A stretch of DNA of 64,000 nt from Octopus vulgaris (Eukaryota). Made by a program: the position numbers and the translations under genes. Shown here in pieces: positions 55,315 through 64,000 of the stretch. Position 1 is the first letter of the stretch, and each line of letters begins with the position of its first letter. Below the pieces are notes generated by a model, which saw only the letters and a list, made by a program, of their open reading frames with translations, was not told the DNA's origin and ran no database searches. The DNA lies in assembly GCA_951406725.2 (NCBI GenBank), contig OX597818.1, positions 120,900,001 to 120,964,000 of the forward strand, in the 5' to 3' direction.

Positions 55315-55551
55315 TTTATAAGTCATTTAAAAACATAAAAAAACCCTTAAATTCACTTCAACATTTCAGTTCAAACTGTCAAAATATTTTCGTCGCTTTG
55401 AGACAGCGACCTGTTCACAGACAAAATTCCAGCACGGAATTTTGTCAGTGAAGAGGTCGCAGTCTTAAAGAGACAAAAATATTTTGACAAATTAAATTTA
55501 AATGTTGAAGCGAATCTAACGTTTTTTGTGTGTTCTTAAATGGCTTATAAA
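55315..55551. repeat. ~235-bp imperfect palindrome (centre ~55433); each arm carries a hammerhead-like motif
   Basis: ...gcgacctgttcacagacaaaattcc-agcac-ggaattttgtcagtgaagaggtcgc...; the arms pair out to ttataagtcatttaa/ttaaatggcttataa. Confidence 0.85.
55377..55426 (-). ncRNA. Variant type I hammerhead (G3:C8 core)
   Basis: The minus strand reads ttttgtct-GTGAACA-g-gtcgc-tgtctcaaa-gcgac-GAAA-ata-TTT-tgaca. Confidence 0.6.
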
Positions 55552-55930
55552 GCTGAAGTTGTCTGTGTATGGCAGGTTTGGTAGCCTTCAACTAACAATA
55601 TCTCCTCCAAGACCCTGCGGCGCAAGTTGACCAAAATTGAGAGTATGATAGAAGAAGGTCTGCTCTTCATTCCATAGAAGATAAAATTCAAATCGGACCA
55701 TGTTAAGACCAAAAATTATTTACATAAAAAAGGTGCTTTTTTTTTTCTATGAAAATCCCTAATTTTTACGATTTTTTGACTGCCGTGGCTCCATTTTTCA
55801 GTGTATTTCAACCAGAAAAATGTTCACTTAAAGAGAATAACAAGCTACATAATGTAAAATTTTTACTTTTTAAAAATTGCAATTCTAAAGGGTCGAAACA
55901 AACCCGAGCAACGCCGGGCGATACTGCTAG
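55546..55930 (+). mobile_element. Non-autonomous Helitron
   Basis: 3' hairpin cccgagcaacgccggg followed by gctag|t at 55930, and a 5' end reading tataaagctgaagttgtctgtg. Confidence 0.7.
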
Positions 55931-56196
55931 TATATAAATATAATTTAGTAATAAAGCCATGTTTTGCGGTTAGGAAGTTCACTTCGCAACAACACAGTTT
56001 CGGATTCAATACCATTACACGACACAATATCCCAGTGTCTTCCTACTATATCATCCAGTTGACTAATATTTTGCAGTTGCAATTTTGTAGGCAGAAACTA
56101 ATCAGGAGCGTGTCGTATGCACCCGCACGCGCGTGTACACACACAAACAGACACACATGTACACATACACTTACATACACATAAATTCTAGTCTGT

Positions 56197-57229
56197 AAGG
56201 CGGCGAGCTGGCAGAACCGTTAGCACGCTGGGCGAAATGCATAGCCATATTTCGTCTGCCGTTACGTTCTGAGTTCAAATTCCGCCGATGTCGACTTTGC
56301 CTTTCATCTTTTCGTGGTGGATAAATTAAGTACCAGTTACGCACTGGGATCGATATAATCGACTTAATCCATTTGTCTGTCCTTGTTTGTCCTCTCAATA
56401 GGCCGGATGTGGCTGTCAAAGGTCAAGAAAAATAATGCTTTCTAGTCGATGCATCAATACCAACAGATGGCAACGTTATTCTAACAGAAACGAAGAAACA
56501 CTCAAGATACAAAGATCTGGAAATAGAGGTAACTCGTCAGAAGATCCTAAAAACAGAAACAATTCCTATCATAAGCGCATTACTAACGATAAAAAATATT
56601 CAAACAAATAGATAACAAAAACACCAGGACTTACAAGCATATGTAGAGAAAATAGCACTACTAGGTAGCGCACACACCCTACATAAAACACTTTCAATAC
56701 AGTAAAAATAAGAGCACATCAACAAGCCACAGAAAATACCCAAGGCACACAGAGCTGCACTCAGTAGTTCAGCGAAAGCACGTGATAAAAATAAGACTAC
56801 TGAATAATAATAATAATAATAATAATAAAGAATGAATTTGACAAGATTAGTAAATATAAAGACCTGCTAATGGAAATTGAAAAAATGTGGCATCTCAAGG
56901 CGACTACAGTACCAGTGGTTGTAGGATCTCTAGGAATGATAAAAAAAGGTACTGAAACCTATTTGAAAATGATTCCAGGCTTACCATCCCTACAGGAAGT
57001 GCAAAAAATCGTATTAACTGGAACGGCTCATGTACTGAGAAGAGCACTATCGCTGTGCAAATAACATCCATCCACGAATTTATTTATTTATTAATTTTTA
57101 AATACATATTTTATCTGTGAATTTGCGCGTGTAATCTGGGAATGCATACAATGCCCTTCTCTGCCCTAGGTGTATGGAAAACACTGGGCGAGAAACGGAA
57201 GAAAATTTGAAGAAAAAAGGAAAAAACAC

Positions 57230-57230
<1 letters not shown>
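56197..57230 (+). mobile_element. Meta-type SINE followed by two R4/Dong-like 3' fragments, each ending in (AAT)n
   Basis: SINE at 56197-56397; REL relic at 56400-56802, similar to 21298-21737; SKYKDLLMEIEKMW..VPVVVGSLG..LTGTAHVLRRAL at 56830-57230. Confidence 0.8.
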
Positions 57231-57269
<39 letters not shown>

Positions 57270-57347
57270 TCTTTTTCTACTGGAAGCACAATAACCAGAA
57301 ATGTTTTATAGCAACATATATGAGTATGTGTCCATCTATCTATCTAC

Positions 57348-57384
<37 letters not shown>

Positions 57385-57597
57385 GCTCTCTGTCTGAATC
57401 TCTCTCTCTCTCTCTCTCTGATTGAATCAAAGCGTGAGTTGTAGAGTATTGCTGTCTGGGGGATACCTTATGGTAGTGGAATAGTATTTAACTGCTATTT
57501 CTAAATTTCGGTATGTGGTGAAGCAGATTTTTCTGAACCCTAATTATAATTATGCTTATAATTATAGAATTTTTGTGTATATATATGTATATATATA

Positions 57598-59136
57598 CAG
57601 TTGCGGCCAAAATTTTCGGAACGGCATTGTTTTCGTCAGAAAAGTAAGTATAAGTTTTTATCAAAGTAGTTTTATATTCTATAATTTTCACAGACAATAA
57701 ATACAATATTAATTGTTATTGTTTGAGATTTTGGTGTAATTTAAGAGGGTAATACAAAAGTTATGGATGATTTAGTGATTTACTGCAAAACCCATGGCGG
57801 CCAAAATGATCGGAACGGTTGAAAAAATAACAAAATAATCAAATATGACAGAGAATACTGGAATTATTTAATATTTAGTGTGAAGCCTTTTAGCTTCAAT
57901 CACACTCTGACATCTTTGACTGCATGAGGAAGTTAAATTTTCAATTTCTTGCTGGGTGATCTTATTCCATTCTTCCTGAAGGGCATTCCATAATTGCTCA
58001 GTTGTTTTAGGATTTCTGGCTTTTGAACGTTCTCCTAGAATATTCCATACATTTTCAATAGGATTGAGATCTGGGCTTTGAGCAGGCCAATCCATAACAA
58101 TAACCTTTTCAGCCTTAAGGAAGTTCATGACCACCTTAGCCTTGTGACATGGGGCATTGTCCTGCATGAATATGGGTGGTCGCTTAGTTGAATTTCTCAG
58201 CACAGGCAAGACATGATCTTTTACAAGTTGTTTATAAACTCCTGCATTTACCTTTTCATGTAATCGCACCAAAGGGCCCACACCATCTCCAGATATCATC
58301 GCCCAAACCATGACACTTCCTCCATCGAATTTAACACTAGTCTTAAGGCATTTAGGCGACAATTTTTCACCTAATTTTCTACGAACGTACCTTTTCCCAT
58401 CTGAGCCAAATAACATAAACTTAGATTCATCACTGAAATGCACCGTTTGCCATTTTTCTTGAGACCACAACACATGTTCGGTTGCAAAGGTAAGACGACA
58501 CTTTTTATTCTTGGAGCTGATCAGTGGTTTCACTGCAGGTGCTCTTGCTTGTAGGTCATGTTCAACTAAACGACGAGACACAGTTTTTCGAGATAAAGTT
58601 TTCTTCAATACAATGCTCATTTTCCGAGAAACAGCAGCAGCAGTTTTACATCTGTCCTTTTTAACCAACTTTACCATAGCACGATCTTCTCTCTTGGTCG
58701 TTTTTCTTGGCCTACCTGTAAACTTTCTTGCTTCACACGAACCACAATCATCGTAGACCTTAAAAATACCGTGGACAACACTTTTTGACTTGTTAACAAT
58801 ATTTGCAATAAATCCAATACTTAAATTATCCTTCCTTCGAAGCTTAATAATCTGCTGACGAATTGGTAACGGAGTAAGTGGCATTATATTAACAAGGTAT
58901 ACTGCAAATATTCTTACTAATGTTTAGCAAACGAACCGTGTCGAAGGACCAGGTAGAGGCTCTTTCATTGGTTCGATTGCGTGATGAGATTTTTTTACAG
59001 ATATATGTATGCATGTATGTATGTATATATCATCGGCAGAAGTTAGAGAGTAAATCAAAAACTGAGAGTTTCGAGTATTGCCATTTATCAAACACGAATT
59101 TAGCCATCATCACTCTATGACTTCTGCCTATTAATA

Positions 59137-59140
<4 letters not shown>
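57598..59140 (-). mobile_element. Tc1-family DNA transposon (IR/DR type); only one end is visible
   Basis: The terminus TA|cagttgcggccaaaattttcggaacgg is at 57598, with an inner direct repeat gcggccaaaatgatcggaacgg at ~57797. No matching end is seen before (TA)n at 59140. Confidence 0.88.
57868..58884 (-). CDS. Tc1 transposase, intact 338-aa ORF, DD34E
   Basis: GRPRKTT, VHFSDESKF, FMQDNAPCH and SPDLNPIEN motifs, with 34 residues counted between the second D and E. Confidence 0.95.
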   Translation of the reverse strand: MPLTPLPIRQQIIKLRRKDNLSIGFIANIVNKSKSVVHGIFKVYDDCGSCEARKFTGRPRKTTKREDRAMVKLVKKDRCKTAAAVSRKMSIVLKKTLSRKTVSRRLVEHDLQARAPAVKPLISSKNKKCRLTFATEHVLWSQEKWQTVHFSDESKFMLFGSDGKRYVRRKLGEKLSPKCLKTSVKFDGGSVMVWAMISGDGVGPLVRLHEKVNAGVYKQLVKDHVLPVLRNSTKRPPIFMQDNAPCHKAKVVMNFLKAEKVIVMDWPAQSPDLNPIENVWNILGERSKARNPKTTEQLWNALQEEWNKITQQEIENLTSSCSQRCQSVIEAKRLHTKY

Positions 59141-59207
<67 letters not shown>

Positions 59208-59349
59208 ATGTAAATATATATATATATATAAATATATATAAATATATATAAATATATATAAAATATATATAAATATATATAAATATATAAATATATATAA
59301 ATATATATAAATATATATATAAATATATATAAATATATATATAAATATG

Positions 59350-59469
<120 letters not shown>

Positions 59470-59569
59470 TATATATATATATAAATAAATATATATATAT
59501 ATATATATAAATAAATATATATATAAATATATATAAATATATATATAAATAAATATATAAAATAAAATA

Positions 59570-62500
59570 TTATTAGAGACAAAACCACTATTTTGCAAAA
59601 CAAACAAGGAAAGACTTAATCAATATAATATTTTACTATAAAATTGGATTTAATCCTAAATCTGATTTTTTCCCTGTAAATTTGGATTTATTCCCTAATA
59701 TTTATTATTTATATAATATTGATAATTTTGTATATTGAGTGTAATACCTCAATTTCGTAAATTATGGATTTTACAGGTAAGATAGAACCGCTGTTTTGGG
59801 ATTCATCTTTGAAAGATATTCCTATTCCTTCTAGAAAGGAATTTATCTTGAAACTTGTTAATAATGTTAAAGATTTTATTTCTAGAATTAAATGGAAAGC
59901 TTTTTACTATAATTTTTATTTATTTAATGATATTGATAGTAGGAATGATAATTTTACCTCTAAATTTAAATCTAGAAAGGAACCTCCATTTAATAAAGAA
60001 TTACAATTACTTGAAGATAGTATATGGAAGGTGGTAAAAAATATTGAATTCCATAAATACCCAAATAGAAATAATGAATATTTAAGGAATTTAGCAATTA
60101 AAATTAAAGATATGAGAAATATGGATGGTATTATAGTACAATCTGATAAAACAAGGAACCTATATAAATTAGATGTTAAATTATATGATAAACTATTAGG
60201 AAAAGAAATAATTAAAAAATATAAAATTGTTCCAGATGATATTCTTTATAATATTAATAAGGCCTCTAAAGTAGTAATGTTAAAATATGAGTTGGATAAT
60301 AAAACTGAACCTTATGTACCTTTGCACCCCAGAATTACTCTTAAAGACCATAAAGATAATTTTTATTCAGACCCTAAAGTTAGATTAATTTGCCCATGTA
60401 AATCGGACCTAGGTAAATTAAGTAAATTTATTTTAGATAAATATATTGATAAGTTAAATAAACTTAATTATTTAAAATTATGGTTTAGTAATAATAATAC
60501 ATTGAAATGGTTTAATAATATTAAAGATAAAAATCGTTATAAATTTATTCAAATAGATATAGATAATTATTATTCTTCTATTAATGAAATTGTGTTTAAT
60601 AAAGCGCTTATTTTCGCAATGAATAAAGTGGGTATGTCACGGGAAGAAGTTAATGTAATTAAAATGGCTAGGAAATCGCTAATTAAATATAAAAATAAAT
60701 TATGGGCTAGGAATGATACTAGAGATTGTTTTGATATACCTATGGGAGCACCAGATTCTGCACAGGCTACTGATTTAGTAGGTATTTTTCTTTTTATCTG
60801 AACTCCAATTGGAAAATCTTAAGATAGAGGGTGGTTTATATAGAGACGATCTTCTACTAGTTACAAAGAATTGTACTAATAGGAATCTAGAAGTATATAA
60901 GAAAAAACTATATAGTTTCTTTAAAAGATATGGTTTAAGTATTACTATATATAAGGAGAATTATAATGTTAATTATTTAGATGTTAATTTTAACCTTATT
61001 ACAGGTAAAACACAACCATATCATAAACTTAATGAGAACCTTAGATATATAAATGTTAATAGTAATCACCCATTTTCTATTAAAAAATCGTTGATTAATA
61101 ATATAAGTAAACGTATTTCATTACTCTCTTATGATATAGAGATTTTTAATAAGCATGCTAATTATTATAATGAGGCCCTTAGAGGGGCAGGTTATAATAG
61201 GAATATTAAATTTTATAATATTAGTGATAAAGATTTAATTGATAATTTTCGAGATACTTCTAATAATAATTATAATTTTGTTAGGTTTAGTGGTAAAAAT
61301 AATAGATATTATAAAAAAAAAAATAAAAATGATAAAAATATAAATAAGAATAATAATAATAATAATAAATATAATAATAATAATAATATAAATAAGAATA
61401 ATAAAAATAAAAATAAATTTAATAATTATTATAATAATTATATTGATAAAATTAATAATATTAATAATTCCTTAAATGCTGTACATAGATATAATTTTGA
61501 TAATAATTTTAATAAAATAAAGAATTATAAATATATTTATAATAATGATAATAATAATAAGGTTAATAAGAATAAAATTTGGTTAATAGTTCCTTATGGA
61601 GATCAAGTAAAAACGAATATTATTAAAGAGATTTTAGATGTTATAGAACTATTTATTAGAGATAATCGTAAATATAGAAACATTTTCTCTTTTAATAATT
61701 TTGGAGTTGGTTATTCTACCACTAATAATGTTGGTAACATTATTTCTTCATTTAATAAATATAAACTGAATAATTTTTATAAAAAGAAATTATTTGATAA
61801 TAATATTAATAATGATAAGACTTATATTAATTGTACATGTAGAGATAAATCTAATTGTATATTAAATAATAATTGTGATATTAACGATGTAGTGTATAAA
61901 TGTATAGTTACATTACATGATAATAACTTTAAGAATAATAATTACCCAAAAGCGGTTTATATAGGTTCTACTTCCTCAAAAATAAAACTAAGAATCGCAC
62001 AACATATGAATTCTTTTAAAAATAAAAACTTAATCAACTCAACCGGACCTAGTAAGTACATTTGGAGTCTTAAATCACTAAATATTAATTATAGTTTAAT
62101 TTGGGAAATAATTTGTAAAACTAAATCATATACTATAGGAGCTAATTGTTGTTATTTATGTTCTAATGAGTTTAAAGAAATTTTATTTTATAAGTATGAT
62201 AATTTACTTAATACTGGTGAAGAGCGCAAAATAAAATGCAGACATAAGTTACTTTACCTATATAATAAGTTTCATGATAAATAGCAATAATAGTTCCCTA
62301 TTAGATTACTTTAGTTTAGTTTAAATTAGTTTAGATAATATATTTTTTGGTTATGTAGTCTAGGCTTTAATTATAGTTAGTCTTTATTGATATTTCTTTG
62401 TTTTAATTAGTTCATTTTTAATTTATATTAATATAACAGTTTATGGTATGTTAAAACTTTAATAATTTATATTAGATTTTTTCATTTTCTTTATTTATAT

Positions 62501-64000
62501 ATTTTTTTATTTTTATTTTATTTTATTATGTATTTTTATTATGCATTTGTTATATGTATTTTGGAGGATATATTTATATGTTGATGGGTGTTATTTAGTG
62601 GTGTTTTTATTGAGTTTTGTATGTATGTGTGAATGTTTACGATCCCTTTGTTTTTTGTTTTTTATTTGGTATGTTGAATTGACAGATTTTATTTGGGTAT
62701 TGTCTGTTATAATAAAGTATACACACCCATAACAAATATAAGTGCCCACTTCATTCGCGCGTACCTGGAATTGCATGTGAGCCTCAAAATATACACCAAA
62801 CGGCCACTCCCGCCCCATACGGACAAATAAACACATACATCCCCAAAAATGGGCTTAATCCCACTTACACCAATCATATGTATACAATTATACACACTAG
62901 AATAATACATAACTAACCCAAATATACAGAACATATTAAAAATCACCAACAAACAACCATCACAAATGAAACCTACACCCATACAATGACAAAACTCCCC
63001 CTCCATACCCAATTTACACCCACATAGCAATCCCAATATATTCATCCATACATGGACGCACGTGCGTGAAGCACATGCACACAATAAATACGTACAACCC
63101 CCCAATACACACTCATATACATACGTATTAAGCTCGACATCCACAGCAATACGCATACACCCACTCACACCCAGATGGGTGAATTGCACAACCAGGGAAC
63201 GCACACACACGTGTGCGTATTTTGATTGTGCAATTCGCCCATATGCATGTATGCGGGCGCGATTACATTGTTGCACATATCGAGCCCAACTAGCATGCAT
63301 ATGTACATGTGAGGGGTACACGTACATGCCGTGCGCGTGTACCCCTTGCATTTATACCCGTGCGTGAATATACACATGGAGACTACCACACAGGTACAAA
63401 TGTGTATAGTAATGGGAGCCCCATCACTACACTTAATGTATACTCTCACCCATCCGCACGGATGTGAAAGCGAATCTCCGGTGTATATGTTGAGGCTTAT
63501 ATGTAGCGCTGTGGAGGTGAACGTCGTTGAAATTGTGAATGAATGGGTGGAGTTGGGAATTGTAACCGGGTGGTGGGCTAGCGTTGCTTGGAATTGGGAA
63601 TGGAATAGTGTAGTAGTAAGGCAGGCATCGAGAATAGATTTGGGTTACTGCAAGTTGTTTGTTAGAGCAGCTAAGATGAGCTAAATCTCATAAATGTATA
63701 TAATAATTTATTATTATGGTAGTTTTATTAAAGAATCCATTCATAATAAATTTTTTTTAAGTAGTGATGGTTTGCCACGTGGATATAGTTTTTAGTTCCA
63801 TTTATTCTATTTCTCCATTCATAATTTTAAATGACGTTTACTTTCCATGGCGCGTATTCGTTTTTTACATAAGTTATATTTCTATGGTAACGTAATTTTG
63901 GTTTGATTTTTTTAACGGCTAAGAATTTAATTTCACTTCATAATTTGAAACTGACTTGTAAGTATGTATTTTATTTCTCCTTATGTCATATTGTTATTTT
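59570..64000 (+). mobile_element. Near full-length Penelope-like element (Naiad-type), extending beyond the window
   Basis: Inverted terminal piece at 59572-59625, then the RT and GIY-YIG ORF. ~63740-63995 is similar to ~45740-46010. Confidence 0.9.
59764..62284 (+). pseudogene. PLE RT plus GIY-YIG polyprotein (~840 aa) interrupted by one frameshift near 60787-60797
   Basis: SDKTRNLY, KDHK..PKVRLICP, IDIDNYYSSI, IPMGAPDS, then in the next frame LYRDD, NYLDV, SNHP, CTCRDKSNCILNNNC, VVYKC..YIGST and CYLC..KCRH. Confidence 0.92.

Noticed and set aside
57468-57540. Candidate CYP gene B exon 2
   Set aside because: No P450-like translation in a compatible phase. The upstream exons are probably beyond the window.
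60799-60801. TGA in the PLE ORF as a selenocysteine codon (reported for some Naiads)
   Set aside because: The downstream RT motifs are in a different frame, so this is a frameshift. The Cys motifs use TGT/TGC.
62707-63684. ORFs of 94-214 aa in the PLE 3' region
   Set aside because: They are low-complexity C/V/M/H/T-rich translations of skewed repeats with no recognisable domain.

Overview
AT-rich, microsatellite-dense metazoan genomic DNA. The SINE and repeat complement resembles Octopus; this is my recognition, not a database result. The only host genes are two intron-rich CYP4-clan cytochrome P450 paralogues arranged tail-to-tail. The + strand gene has its last 4 coding exons at 4114-11963. 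The - strand gene has 10 coding exons at 55101-18314 that splice into an open 403-aa frame; I did not find its first exons in the window. The introns are filled with transposons: a decayed autonomous Helitron with STPR-like repeats, non-autonomous Helitrons, a Tc1 with an intact DD34E ORF, mariner and hAT relics, CR1-group, RTE and R4/Dong-like LINE fragments, tRNA-derived SINEs, and several Penelope-like elements (PLEs). One PLE is a near-intact Naiad-type copy with a single frameshift. The most striking unannotated signal is a set of type I hammerhead ribozyme (HHR) motifs. (i) A non-coding, hairpin-rich ~480-nt unit occurs in tandem and inverted copies at 1268-2686, each full copy carrying a complete hammerhead core; this is a candidate non-LTR retrozyme. 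(ii) A palindromic element at ~55315-55551 carries a hammerhead with a compensated G3:C8 core. (iii) Hammerheads follow three PLE remnants at 8806, 29121 and 47265. Together they suggest a PLE/retrozyme system associated with (TA)n tracts, with several ribozymes lying sense inside P450 introns. All calls were made by eye, and TE boundaries are approximate.
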